Below are positions 39,201 to 57,186 of a stretch of DNA of 64,000 nucleotides, one piece after another (position 1 is the stretch's first letter; each line of letters opens with the position of its first letter). The DNA comes from Priapulus caudatus. Its lineage: Eukaryota. The notes beneath the pieces were generated by a model. The model was not told where the DNA came from. It made no database searches and saw only the letters and a list, made by a program, of their open reading frames with translations. Made by a program: the position numbers and the translations under genes. The stretch covers positions 299,630 to 363,629 of the forward strand of contig NW_014577086.1 of the NCBI RefSeq assembly GCF_000485595.1, written 5' to 3'.

Positions 39201-41618
39201 GATATAAGCATTAGCTGAAGTCTGGATAAAACAGCCGTATAGGCTGTCATACAGTTTTGCACGTTTAAACCGACCATAATTACCATATCATATGCACAGA
39301 TGCTCCAGAATCATAAAATCCTTAGCAGAGACTAGTTTTTAGCCACACATAGAGCAAGCTTCCTTAGTAGTTTTAATTACCGTCGGTGACAAGACAAGAT
39401 TACCAAAACTTTCATCTGTGTGTCTCTCTTACTAACAACTATGACAGCTCATAAACTGCAAGGTGTAACTTGTTTATAATTACCCTTCTGGGTCATAACT
39501 GATGACTACCCATAGGCCTTACTGCTGAAATGTCGCATACCTGTGAAGCCTGGTTGTAATACACGCAGAAATTTTTTAAAATAATATTTTGACAATTTCA
39601 CAATTCTCATTTTATTATTCATAATTTCCCAAGTCAATAAATTTCAGCAAGTTTATAAAAGTTACAAAACAACCCATGTTTGGATATAAATAGAGCACCT
39701 CAAATGTCAAAATTAAGAAATGTCACTTAGCATAAGGGGGCAGTGGACTTGGGGATTTCATATTCTGCAAGTATAGTTGCAGGCTATGGCCATACAGCTC
39801 ATAGCCTCATAGGTGTAAACATTTTCTTCATCTCATTATTCAAAAATAAAATTATGCAATTATGAATCATGTAGATTGAGCTCCTAAACAGCCAATGTCA
39901 CCCAGCACTAAGTGTCCTTTACAGAATTAGCTTAAAAAATAAGTCTCATACTGCACGTAAATACACTACTCTCAACGTTTTTGCATCACAACCAGCTGCA
40001 AAATATAATTGCAAATAATATAGGTGTGCAAGATACTTGTGAAGAACAAGCATACAAGATGGGTTATATATATACAAATGTTCTAGTGGTCCGGAGTGTA
40101 ATTTGGTCTGCAAAATATTGTACTATGCTATATATTTTAAGGGGTTTCTAGTAGATGCACAGATGAAGGCATGAGAACCTCACAAAGATTACAGAACATT
40201 TGAGACTTTGAGGTTAAAAATGGTGAGGTAACATGCTAGCTGTGAAAACAATTTTGTTGCAATTTTGGCCTTTAAAGAAATTACTCTATCTTTATGAGAA
40301 AATATATTCCTGAACAATATGCAGAGATTTTAAGATTTTGTTCAACTTTGAATGAACATATATAATAACATCAATAAACTCTGTTCACACAAACCTAGCT
40401 GGAACAGTGCAGCATACACAAATGTATGGATAGGCTGTTTGCCGTGCGCCTAATCATAGTTACAACTGTCATTGCTATATTTTATAGATTCATATATACC
40501 AATAATCGCCAATAATACTTTTTAAATATAACACTTCCTATTCCAGTGTTCGTGTAAAAGATTTGATGTTATCTAGCTTGTGATATAAAAATGAATGTAA
40601 GTCTTGGGTGCCATATACTACCATATGGTTCTACTGAAATTATTGGTAGGTGGCTTTACCATATTTCTGCAAGCTAGTCGCACAGAACAGCATAATCGTT
40701 ATAGGTTTGCAAATACGTGATTCTCACACGTACAATCACCATCCTGTAAGTAGGGTACAATAGAATATCAGAAGTTACCTAATAGGTAAATTATGAGAAT
40801 CAGCAACTTATAAGGGCATACTATTATACTAAGGCTCGAGTCAGATCAGTTCATGGCGAAACATATCAAAAACGTAAACAAAAGAATATGGCCCAAAAGC
40901 AAAACACTGAATGGCTGGACTTAGCACTAGCAGTGCACATGTATGCAGTCACTGGCACACAGGTTGCATTGCACGGCAACTACTCACACAAAACTGCAAA
41001 CTGGCTCAGGACTACATTAGGACCCCAGTACATACGTTATCATTAACCTTAGCTATAACTATAATACAATCTGATACATTGCTGGTGGTGATAACAACGA
41101 TATGATGCACTGGGGTTCAAAAGTATAGTCTAGAGCCAACTCATACGAACTCTTCTGACATTTCCACGCCAGATTGCAGTGGCAATTAACTACAGACGGG
41201 TAGAGACTATACATTAGCACCCTACCTGATTAACCGTAGTGACACTTAGATTATATATATACTATAGTAAACACTTACCCGAGCGGATGGGATATCTTCC
41301 TGTCAAAAATGCAGCTCTGCTTGGAGAACATACAGAACTGGCAGCAAGATGATGTGTGAATTTGACACCCTTGGTCGCAATACTGTCTATGTTAGGAGTT
41401 CTTATCGTATCATTACCAGTCATGCCGACGTCGCCATAGCCAAGGTCATCAGCCATCATAATAATAATGTTAGGTCGCTTTGTATGACTAGTAGTAGTAG
41501 TAGTACTATACGTAGAAGCACTAATAATATGTTCCGACGGATTAGGATGAGCCACATTGACTTCGCCACAGACCAGGCTCAACAGCAGAACAGAGATCAA
41601 AATCAACTCAGGCCACAT
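1290..41618 (-). CDS. Steryl-sulfatase-like arylsulfatase (STS/ARSD-F-H-L group), 5' part; exons 41618-41279, 14588-14466, 11787-11292, 3552-3350, 1574-1290; continues beyond the left edge
   Basis: Signal peptide, [12 protein letters not shown], formylglycine motif [25 protein letters not shown], two hydrophobic TM segments, FTSDQGG and EGALRVP. Exon lengths 340/123/496/203/285 give consistent phases 1,1,2,1,1. Confidence 0.9.
1964..2021. mobile_element. Mini inverted-repeat unit CAAGAG...CTCTTG (putative P-superfamily footprint)
   Basis: caagagtatatatgggaga...tctcccattatgtactcttg. Confidence 0.55.
2080..3230. mobile_element. Helentron/HINE-like non-autonomous element with ~310-bp internal tandem repeats
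   Basis: About 2.5-3 tandem copies (ctctcccataggagtaacaactg near 2274, 2438, 2750, 3057), a (GGAC/AGAC)n tract at 3143-3183, a terminal hairpin at 3196-3226, then an A run. Left boundary approximate. Confidence 0.6.
3350..3552 (-). CDS. Sulfatase exon 4
   Basis: [22 protein letters not shown]...FTSDQGGH...GGWNGIFK; cag acceptor, GC donor. Confidence 0.9.
4137..4569. mobile_element. Foldback (palindromic) element, CACAGGCACTT termini
   Basis: About 200-bp inverted arms around an AT-rich centre; flanks gttgttac/gttgttct. Confidence 0.8.
5741..6235. mobile_element. Foldback element, CACAGGCACTT termini, 8-bp TSD
   Basis: About 210-bp inverted arms; TSD ctcacaca at 5733-5740 and 6236-6243. Confidence 0.85.
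7560..7768. repeat. ~43-47-bp minisatellite, ~4.5 copies
   Basis: Unit gcgtgagtatactcgcaggcaggcaggcttcgctcggtctctcacgc. Confidence 0.85.
9700..10266. mobile_element. Helentron/HINE-like element (second family)
   Basis: tgacctt repeats, a (GGAC)n tract at 10191-10218, hairpin catctgac-ttc-gtcagatg at 10240-10258, then an A run. Left boundary approximate. Confidence 0.5.
11023..11256. mobile_element. Harbinger/PIF-type MITE, copy 1
   Basis: TIR GCTGGGTTTACACTACCGACTT; TTA on both sides. Confidence 0.85.
11292..11787 (-). CDS. Sulfatase exon 3 (includes membrane hairpin)
   Basis: [34 protein letters not shown]...TM1/TM2...[13 protein letters not shown]; cag acceptor, GTAGGT donor. Confidence 0.92.
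11812..12043. mobile_element. Harbinger/PIF-type MITE, copy 2 (same family)
   Basis: Same TIR and internal sequence as 11023-11256; TAA on both sides. Confidence 0.85.
13295..13689. repeat. CGCCCT-rich repeat (acgccctgca/agggcg), related to 22585-22925
   Basis: The end cgccctgcaaaaatgttagggcg is the reverse complement of the sequence starting at 22585. Confidence 0.7.
13758..14005. repeat. CCAGG-rich minisatellite
   Basis: Unit like ccagcaagacacgcctgtgttagcccagccaggcctgtgttct; the same family occurs at 23624-25005. Confidence 0.85.
14007..14100 (+). repeat. Interstitial (TTAGGG)n tract with TTAGTG variants
   Basis: About 15 hexamers, directly visible. Confidence 0.9.
14466..14588 (-). CDS. 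Sulfatase exon 2
   Basis: [42 protein letters not shown]; tag acceptor, GTAAG donor. Confidence 0.92.
17480..17875. mobile_element. Harbinger-type MITE (gagtaaaa-rich family)
   Basis: TIR CCCGGC(G/T)CACACGTGAGTAATTTTACTC; second copy at 29410-29748. Confidence 0.8.
20397..20436. mobile_element. Mini inverted-repeat unit (putative P-superfamily footprint)
   Basis: caagagctcataatagag-agcc-ctctattatgagctcttg: 18-nt arms. Confidence 0.6.
21601..21666. mobile_element. Mini inverted-repeat unit (putative P-superfamily footprint)
   Basis: 18-nt arms caagagcgtataaagaag; filler made of arm copies; flanks ataataa/ataatta. Confidence 0.6.
22127..22576. mobile_element. Foldback element, CACAGGCACTT termini, 8-bp TSD
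   Basis: About 200-bp inverted arms; TSD cgtgggca/cgtgggta. Confidence 0.85.
22585..22925. repeat. ~43-bp CGCCCT-rich tandem repeat
   Basis: Unit gccctgcaaacgcccttctgagacttagatattttagcatat, progressively degenerate. Confidence 0.75.
23473..23623. other. Assembly gap (151 N)
   Basis: N run abutting a minisatellite. Confidence 0.99.
23624..25005. repeat. CCAGG-rich ~43-bp minisatellite, interrupted by a MITE
   Basis: Unit caagacacggctgtgttagcccagccaggcctgtgttctccca(a). Confidence 0.85.
23804..24506. mobile_element. Harbinger-like element with CAG TSD
   Basis: TIR GGAGCCGTTGTCAGAAAC / GGGCCCGTTTTCAGAAAC; CAG at 23801-23803 and 24507-24509. A related solo end lies at 36841. Confidence 0.75.
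26440..26499. mobile_element. Mini inverted-repeat unit with perfect 7-bp TSD
   Basis: 17-nt arms caagagcgtattaagta; ATTCTAT on both sides. Confidence 0.7.
26652..27083. mobile_element. Harbinger-type MITE
   Basis: TIR AGCTGGGGGCA(G/C)ACGAGCGTATTTTTT; TAA TSD. Confidence 0.8.
28624..29005. mobile_element. hAT-like non-autonomous element
   Basis: CAGGGGT...ACCCCTG termini with subterminal tagccc/gggcta motifs. Confidence 0.6.
29410..29748. mobile_element. Harbinger-type MITE (same family as 17480-17875)
   Basis: TIR AGCCCGGCGCACACGTGAGTAATTTTACTC; TAA/TTA flanks. Confidence 0.82.
29856..29895. mobile_element. Mini inverted-repeat unit, CAGGAG variant
   Basis: 18-nt arms caggagtgtcataatata; flanks atttgat/atttcat. 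Confidence 0.6.
31859..31902. mobile_element. Mini inverted-repeat unit
   Basis: caagagtccat...tctattatggactcttg; flanks gtactat/gtattat. Confidence 0.6.
34192..34254. mobile_element. Mini inverted-repeat unit
   Basis: catgagtacataatggga...tcccattatgtactcttg; filler repeats cataatggg. Confidence 0.55.
34312..35000. mobile_element. Kolobok-like non-autonomous element (TTAA TSD, AGG termini, ~120-bp TIR)
   Basis: TTAA|AGGAATAAT...ATTATTCCT|TTAA; right end partly duplicated at 35006-35070. Confidence 0.75.
37040..37515. repeat. ~21-bp TTACCAG minisatellite
   Basis: (accagattt accagcacattt)n. Confidence 0.85.
38121..38432. mobile_element. MITE with internal ccctaaccctaa motifs
   Basis: TIR AGGGTCTATGT..CCCAGGGTACT; internal direct duplication of ~45 bp. 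Confidence 0.7.
41279..41618 (-). CDS. Sulfatase exon 1 (signal peptide, catalytic CxPxR motif)
   Basis: [18 protein letters not shown]...[16 protein letters not shown]...[24 protein letters not shown] donor. Confidence 0.95.
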
Positions 41619-42282
41619 GATTGCACTGAACTATTAGGCTACCGTAGACAGCGACAGAGAGATAAATCGGGTTGAATAGACAGAAAAGGTCATAATAGAA
41701 GAAGAAACCTAACAGAACAACTCACACACAACACAACACGTTTCACGCCGGTTACGCGCGAGCCTCGTTCTCAGTTCTCACTTCTCATCCGCTTCTGGGA
41801 CCCGGCAGGGCGGTTGTGATCATGACGGCATCCCGACTATGTACACCAAATTATACCAGAACCCAAAAGATCATCGTTCCTACAAATTCCCAGTAAGTTT
41901 CTATTGATGCGGAGACTAGCAATAGGCTAATCCTTTCACATAAATATTTTGAATTTTTATTGTGTAAAGACTCCCATGACTGAGTGTCTTTCGTCGAGCT
42001 GCGATCGAGCCCCCCTCCAGTTGCAACATCAAAGCGATTGCGGCACCAATCAAAGCGGATGCGGTTCTTTGCAATTTATATTCACGTGTTTAGACACACC
42101 AAATTTCCACGATAAACATTCGCCACAAGGTCACGTTGAACAACATATCCGAGTTATATAAATATATGTGTGGCCATACTATAATTCATTCCATTTTCTG
42201 CGAAAAATTACGCATTGATTTCCTATAGTATATGGAAATCGCGAAGGACGAATTACGCGAACACGCACATGTATGCCATCAA

Positions 42283-43335
42283 GGAGGGGGGGTAAGGTGG
42301 GGTACTGTTCACAGTTCACAGTGAAAATAAACTGCTTTTCACATTTCACAGTGAAAATAATGCTCTTTTCACATTTCACAGTGAAAATAATGCTCTTTTC
42401 ACAGATCACGGGGATAATCCAGTTTACAGCTAAAATTTCAGACTCATAAGATAAGGTCATAGAAGTATACAAGTGTATTTATTGACTAACAACACTTCTA
42501 AAAATCAAAAATACGCTTGCGCAGTAGTCATGTTTATATAAATACATGTGTGTGTGTGCGTGTGCGTGTGTGCGTGTGTGTGCAGGGGCGTGTACAGGAT
42601 TTGAACCAGGGGTGGTCTAACCGTAACCCAAACTTGCGAGCACGCGAAGGGGGGGGGTCTGGGGGGCCCTACCCCAGAAATTTTTTGAAATTAGACTCCC
42701 TTCAATGCGTTTTCTGCGCGAGCAAGGTGGGGTCGGACCCATCTGGACCCCCCCCCCCCGTACACGCTCCTGGGTTGTGTGCTGTGTGTTGTGTGTGTGT
42801 GTATGTGTCGGTGTGTGTGTGTGTGGTGTGTGGTGTGTGTGGGTGTGTGTGTGCTGTGTGTGTGTGTGGTATTATATATAATATCTTCCATAATGTTCTT
42901 CTGCAGTTGCGGGGGGCCGCGGGCATGCCCCCCGGGAATTTTTTTAAAATCTAGCGTTAATATTTTGGTGCATTCTGGTGAATTTTGAGGCCTGTGACCG
43001 GTTTCTGGAAACCGATGCAAACCGGCCTAAATCCGCGCCTGACATGCATGGATTCACGAGGAAAAAGACCTCTTATTCACAGTTCACAGACTAAATAAAA
43101 GCTAAATCACGCTTCACGCAAGGTGGTCCATTCAGAGTTCACAGACAAAATAAATTGCAATTCACAGTTCACGAGGTATAAAAACGGCCGATCACGTTTC
43201 ACGAAAATACCCTTACGGTAGGGGCACACGAGCGATTTACCCACCCTGCCTATTTACCCACCCTGCCGATTTACCCACCCTGCCACCCACCCACCCTGCC
43301 TGTTACCCACCCTACAATTACCCACCCTGCCTGTT
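42283..43335. mobile_element. Nested hAT-like fragments and short tandem repeats
   Basis: ttcacag subterminal motifs, a CAGGGGCG...CGCGCCTG insert at 42583-43041 and (ttacccaccctgcc)n at 43238-43333. Confidence 0.5.
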
Positions 43336-44052
43336 GTGTAAACCAAGGATCGAGCTGAATATATTCATCATTGACTTCTTTGTGTAAATAAACGACCTAG
43401 CTCCTATGGGGGAAATGAAACCATGATAGAGAAACAATGACGCAGTACGATTGTTTCGTAAACAATGTACATAGCCATCGAGAACGTGAGGTATTTCTTG
43501 GTACGGAAACTACTGCATCATTTTATATTATTGTAACAGATTAAACATATATATATATATATGAAACGGGATATTATATAATTATTGGAATCGATCCACT
43601 CACACAGACGGCTTTGGAAACATGCGTGTCCATCAGAATTTATTTTTCTATGCAGCCGCGTGCGTGGCGCTTCTAAAGTTTGGAAAAGGAGCTGTATCAG
43701 AGTAAGTTTTGTAAATCATACTCATAGAGCTAGGCCTAACGGATTTTATATTATAATTGTCATTGTGCATCATGCTGCTCACAACTGTAACCTAGTTATA
43801 AGCCCTACCCTTTTTAATAAAAATATATTTCTGATACGATATAGCGCAAAAACCGGGCGCGTATAGCCATGCACACTCCATATCTGTTTTGACAGCTCGG
43901 TCAGCTCGATCGCTATGCACGTTTAAACTTAGCAACATCATCCCATTTAGCCCGTAAACTATAGAGTAGGCTATATAGCCGACCTAGCAATGCATAAAGA
44001 TTGTCAAATTTCAAAAATCATACTGACTTTCATTCATTCATCACTATTCTAG

Positions 44053-44491
44053 GGATAAATTGGCGGCTCAGATGTTTCAAGACATGCTGCGCAAATATGA
44101 AAATGAGAATAACATCGACGAAGACAGCGAGAAGTTTATTGAAAATGATATATATGAACCCGCAAAGAACACTGGGAGATTTAGTGATAATCAAGCCAAA
44201 TATGAAGATGGATTTGCTCTTGAAAACAACTATGAAGACGATATTTATGTAGGACCCAAAGACAAACTTTACGATGACAATACTTCTGAACCACCTGAAG
44301 ACACCCTTTCAGGTTATAATCAAGCTGAGTATGAAGAAAACGATTATGATAATCCGGCTGAATACGAAGAAAACATTTATGACGATAACGCATCGAAACG
44401 TGAAGACTTTGACAACACCAATGAGTATGAGCCAGACAGTATGGGCACGGATTTCCAAGTTGAATACGATATAGGCGACCCAGACTTTTGA
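44053..44491 (+). CDS. Acidic D/E/N/Y-rich ORF or terminal exon of unknown function (possibly a pseudogene)
   Basis: 143-codon ORF in AT-rich DNA with biased, internally repetitive protein (NQAEYEEN..YDDN); acceptor-like ttctag at 44047-44052. Confidence 0.4.
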
Positions 44492-46088
44492 AGGAAGAGA
44501 CTGTTAGAGGGAGTAGTAGGTCTGGTCTCGGCAATATGGATTGCGAAGGGAAAGAAAATATATAGAAGCATAGCTGGGACATGTCTCTCGATAGTAAAAA
44601 GTAATATGTGACATGTCAGAGAAATTGATGATCATATGAGACGATACACTGGTGTTGGTTGTGTGTAAATGTAAGGGTAATTCTGGCAATAAGAATTTAT
44701 TCCCAAGAAATTTGAACTTGAAAAATGACACATTTTTTTTTACCTGTGTAGGCCACGTAAAAATATAGTCACCTTAAGATTGTTTTATTTCAAATGTATT
44801 TATTGTATTTATTTTCATGTTACTGGTAAATAAATTTAAGTACGTAATGTATTAATTGCATAATTTTCATCCTACATACTGAAAAGTTTGTACAAATTAA
44901 GATTACTTTTGTCACATAGTGCATTCAATATGCGAGAATATTTATGAAAGGAAAATGTTTCAATGAAGTTGAAAATACATAACATTTCTTATATATTCAA
45001 AGTATATTGTAATAATCACATTTTCTAATATGTAAGATGAACCCAACACTTTCTTTTTTTAGTCACATATTGCTATTGTCTATTTTCTACTACCAAAGTT
45101 CTGTTGCAAATACAAAATACCACGCCCACCATATGAAAAACGCAGAGGTATCCTATTATCGACAGTAAAAAGTTTACAACAGCAATAACTATAACGACAA
45201 GCCTACATACTCACTTAGAAACTCTTACGGCTTTATACACTAAGAACAGTTTCACGTCACTGATTTCAGCTAGCAGCTGGTTATGGTAATATCAGCAACC
45301 AACAAACGAGTCATTATTTTGAAATACGCAGAAGAAAAGCATTCCAAATAAAGACTAAATCTGCCATGTTACCATGCCTAGATACAGATTCAAATTCATG
45401 CTTGTATGAGGCCACAACATATATAGATCATACTTACCAAACGTTGGCAATTGGACAATTATCAATAGAAAATCGAAACGTGAAATCTCAACAATGGAAA
45501 AAAGTCAATCCTGAGTAAGCTATATAATTCTATTTACAATTAACTGAACTAGGATCACTGTAGTAGCTAGATGTACATCATTCTGATCTAAAACCTTACA
45601 TTCTTTATCTACCAAAGAACCAGTGAGAACATCAACACCATAAATTTGTGCGTAGTGCATAAGTACTGAACACACAACTTTTTCCAAACTACATGTGATT
45701 TTAGCTTATCTCTTCAATGCTAACATATCCAACTGAGTTACACTCATTTAATACTTCCAAGACAGAACATGGTAAGCTGGTTGCTAACTGGTACATTACA
45801 ACATCAGGGCACATCCAGCATAACAACGCTTACAGTAAAGAGATACCTTCATGGAATCAGTACGTTGCGTTCCTTATCATTTCGGCCAACAGGTGGCACC
45901 ACATAAGCAGCCTCATACCACCACTGGCAAAGTGTGACCACTTTGGATTGAAGTCTTCACCTGCATTATGCCCACTACAGGGACTTAGCATTGCTAGTCG
46001 CAAGATCGTGTTTCTTATTATTTCTGCCAACATGTGACACCACGCACGTAGCCTGGCAGTCACTGGCAGCAAGCAGCAGGTTATCGCT

Positions 46089-52993
<6,905 letters not shown>

Positions 52994-53209
52994 ATTTGAT
53001 TTTTGATGAACAACAAAACGCCTGCTTGGACGTCACTTTTTTTCCTAAAAGGGCTGCTGTTCCTGTTCTAACTGACATATAAATGTTCCAGTTGCACTTA
53101 CGAGTAATAATATAGCAATCCACTGTTAAAACCACGTCATTTTGTGTGTAAAAGATCACGAATTGTGCAAAAACGGTTTATCATTTGTAAGCGGAAAAAG
53201 TACTGGGAG

Positions 53210-53224
53210 AGCGACATCTAGTGG
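53210..53224 (-). promoter_or_regulatory. CTCF-like motif CCACTAGATGTCGCT
   Basis: Close match to the CTCF core consensus, lying between the ZNF839-like start and the tRNA. Confidence 0.45.
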
Positions 53225-53437
53225 ACACAAAATAAACCTCAACTAAAGTCACGGCATATATGGTAGTGAATTTTATCTATATTTATGGAAATATTTTTAA
53301 AAATACATATATAATCAATGTATAGGCTAATTGAACTTTCATTAAAAAATATTAAGCAACTATTACGCAAAACAAATTAACTGCACATATCAATGCTAGG
53401 AGACATCTATCATATTGAAAGTTGTACATACACGAAT

Positions 53438-53524
53438 CCTTCGATAGCTCAGTTGGTAGAGCGGAGGACTGTAGTGGAAGTTTCAGTAATCCTTAGGTCG
53501 CTGGTTCAAATCCGGCTCGAAGGA
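53438..53524 (+). tRNA. tRNA-Tyr(GTA) with 14-nt intron (53475-53488)
   Basis: CCTTCGA/TCGAAGG acceptor stem, A box TAGCTCAGTTGG, anticodon GTA at 53471-53473, B box GGTTCAAATCC; removing the intron gives 73 nt. Confidence 0.97.
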
Positions 53525-53533
53525 GATGTTCTC

Positions 53534-53545
53534 TTTTTCTTTTTT
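53534..53545 (+). terminator. Pol III oligo-T terminator
   Basis: T5 and T6 runs just downstream of the tRNA. Confidence 0.75.
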
Positions 53546-53826
53546 ACTTTTGATTTACATGTTCCCACAATCTTACAAATATATACAGAGGTTGAACATT
53601 AGTCCATATAAAAATATTGTAATTTATATTTATTGAGGACACTATGCACACTGCCTATCTAGTATATATTACTTCCATGGTTATAACCTAATAATATAGA
53701 TACTCTATCTGGCCGGGTGGTGGGCCGGGTACAGGGGGACGGGGGTACGGGAGAAGTGGGGACGGGAGACGGAAAAGGAGGGGGCGGGGAGCGGGAGGTG
53801 AAGGAGCCCAGTGGTAGGGAGGCCAG

Positions 53827-54043
<217 letters not shown>

Positions 54044-57012
54044 CTAAGTAGAGAAAAATAAAAGAAATCCATAGCACGAGAAATAAATACATGAGAAAAT
54101 ACACTGTACAGGATAAATACATTTATTACCCGAACTGTCAGAGAAACTAAGTGACATTCAAAAAAGAAAATGCAAAATATAAAGGATCCTGGAGGTGTTG
54201 AGGGAGGGAGATGGGAGGACAGGGGAGGGAGGTGGTTGGAGAGGGGGAGGGAGGCGAGAGGAAGACAACACCCTGTACCCGCCTCTTCTATGCTTATAAC
54301 AGAAGCGTATACACAAACAAAACAAAAACTAAATAGTAAACATAAGTTATTTATTTCCACATTTGCGTTATCCACATCATCCAGTCTTGTATGTACAAAA
54401 TCGGTAAATACCCGAGTCCAATACATCGGAACTACTCCAGTGGAACATAAATTCACAAAGTGATAACCGATTTCCTTTAAAAATATCAATCACATGCGAC
54501 AGATTTTTTCAAGGATGCACGTGATGCAGACATGAACGACATGGCATAGTGAAGGTCGGGAGTTAGATATAATTTTATCGTTTATATTTTTCGTTTATTT
54601 AATGAAATTAATCTGTTCAGCGCTCTCCTTACACTATACGTCATGACCGACAATTGAGAGACGACCATGCACCAGAATCATGAGTCTCCTACGACCCAGG
54701 ACTCGATCATTTCTATACTTGATCGTTCAATAAAAATTAACCCATGCATGCTCTCTAGCTCAGGAGTCCTGGCTCTCATGACAGCACAACAGTTACACGC
54801 TTACACGCAGCCGTACTGGACGTAAAAATCGACAACACAAGATAAAAAAAATCATCGAGTGTCAGTGAATGTTGGAGAGGCAAGTGGGGTTACACTACTT
54901 TGTTTGCATGCAATGTGACACCTTGTACGGACAGTACGTGTCACTGACGCCGTGACCTCACGACGCAGTATTTTTGCTACACTGCGGAAGCGTAGAAAGC
55001 CCCTGAAACGCAATTAATCACTGCCTATGCTGGTCATCCTACTTACTATTTACAATGAGTTTGGCGGCGGAGTGCGAACAGAACCGGCAAGTGGTATGTT
55101 GTTGTAACATCACTAGCTGGCTGTGGTTGTATTATATAGGTGCAGCCGGTCATCAAACAGGTGACAGGTCATGGTCAAGTGGATAGTGTTCATGCGATAC
55201 ACTAACGGAAATGTAGGGGAACACATCAGGGTGATGTGATGGGAGGAGATGGGAGCAATAATTTACTAGGCAGTCGAGAATAGAAAAAGGTTTCTCTTAT
55301 AGCAGTGATGTCTGAGATCAAGATGTGATTAAGAGAGAAGGATGCCTATTAGCAATGAATATTGTAGCATTGCAACTAAGAACAATATTGTAGTATATGA
55401 CCATCATGTCCGCTGTTGTTCAAACGTAGATCAGATGGAATAAACGGGCCCAGGACTACACCATAGACTGCTTTAAATTCTTTGTAATATGGCTTTTACA
55501 TACTTTTGATCATACTGACCCAGGTATTTTATGGTGAAAGAACATTTTGAATATTTTACATTGGTAGGGACATTGATAATGTAGTGACACTATGTATTTA
55601 AAAAACATACCACACTTGAACAATTTCGCTGTAAGAAATCCAAGACAAAAATATCTAAATAATGATGCCGTTTGGACAATTAACAATTCCTAAGTTTCAG
55701 TACAGCAAGGAATAAATAGTAATTTCTCTTAATATATAAAATCATCAGATACACTCCTAGTATGGCTCATTCTTTTTCATTCATAGTTGGGCTCGCATAG
55801 GCTTTAAGACAGTACAAATTATCATGGGAAAAATAAAGTGAACCTTAAGTGAAATTAATTTGAATAACCGACATCACTCCCATTCTTGCATTCATGCACA
55901 CTCTACATGCTCTAGTTCTCTGCAAACAATTTCACCATGTATGCAGTTATTGCAGTACAATATGAAAGTACAGTTCATTAAATCGTATTCTACAACTCAT
56001 TAAAACCAAGGAACTGACTTTGAAATATGTAGTATACAACAGTTACAGAGATTTCTGCATGCAAATGTCATCGACTTATTCCAAAATATATATATATATA
56101 TATATATGTGCCCTTAGCTAAATCATTGTCTTAATTTTTGAGTTTTTTGAAACAAGAATAATCAGATACTATCAGTGATCTAAGAAAGTAGGAAGAAATA
56201 CCTTTTATACCTAGGATTCTGTTGGAAAATACGTCAACAAAGAACACAATTATATCACGATTGCATGATTGATATGCAATACTTGATTTTATCGATATCA
56301 TGTTTATCATTCCAGTTTTTCTGGCAAAAAAGGCCAGGTCTGAAGGATTTTCCAATGTATCAAAACGATTGAAAGATATTTAATCAAGACATTCACTTAC
56401 ATTGAGTGTGACATTTCTCAAATATTAATGTGGCATACAAAACTATTTCAGTCTGCCATATGCACCATGCTGAACAGTTACTGTTCTTAAGGTACTTTAG
56501 TTAATTCTTGCCTCTGAAGTGTCTCTGTAATAGTATTGAAAAGGTACTTAAAGCAAAGATAGTGGATGGTAGCATGTTGGCTGTTGTGCGCACATGCATA
56601 ATTGCAGCCACATCCAAGCAAACAACCAAAATTTGAGTGTTTCCTCTTCCATGTGAATATTTACAAGTTGTGAAGCAGGTTCCCAGTTCTGCGAGGCATG
56701 GAAGTAAACAGCATGTGGACATTGCCACAGCATTCATACATGTGTGATATTAACACAACTTGAAGCTTGACAGCGGCATGCCATCTGCCTTTCTTGCTGC
56801 ACAAAACTCACGTGTTACAGCTCAGTGTCGCCAGGTGCAACGTGTTTTACACATCACCATACACACTACACAGAGAATCTCACAGTGTTCACACTCTCCA
56901 ACTTGCATCGATGTGTCTCTACGTATCCTGACACATCTCGACATGTCCTCATATCAATACACTGCATATATATCCTGCACTATATTCAGGGTCGGTCAGC
57001 ACTTCTAGCTCG

Positions 57013-57186
57013 CTACCTAAACAGCCGCGTGAAATCGCGCAGAGCGAATGAGACTTGCTTGGCGTGCTCGGCACTTGTTACTGCTTTGTGAAAGTCCACC
57101 AGCTGTTTGTGAGTGGCACGCACCACTCCACCAGACCCTTCCACAGGCAATGCTTTCAGTGCTGCCTCCAAAAATCGGCACACAGA
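57013..57186 (-). CDS. TNPO3: TNPO3 last coding exon
   Basis: [14 protein letters not shown]...[10 protein letters not shown]...LRDFTRLFR*. Confidence 0.9.
   Translation of the reverse strand, partial: SVCRFLEAALKALPVEGSGGVVRATHKQLVDFHKAVTSAEHAKQVSFALRDFTRLFR

Noticed and set aside
14589..41278. Nested protein-coding gene or autonomous transposase in the large intron
   Set aside because: No ORF with a recognisable domain was seen; decayed fragments cannot be excluded without a translated search.
41879..41898. ZNF143/Staf-like promoter motif upstream of the sulfatase
   Set aside because: Spacing and flanks deviate from the consensus; too weak to call.
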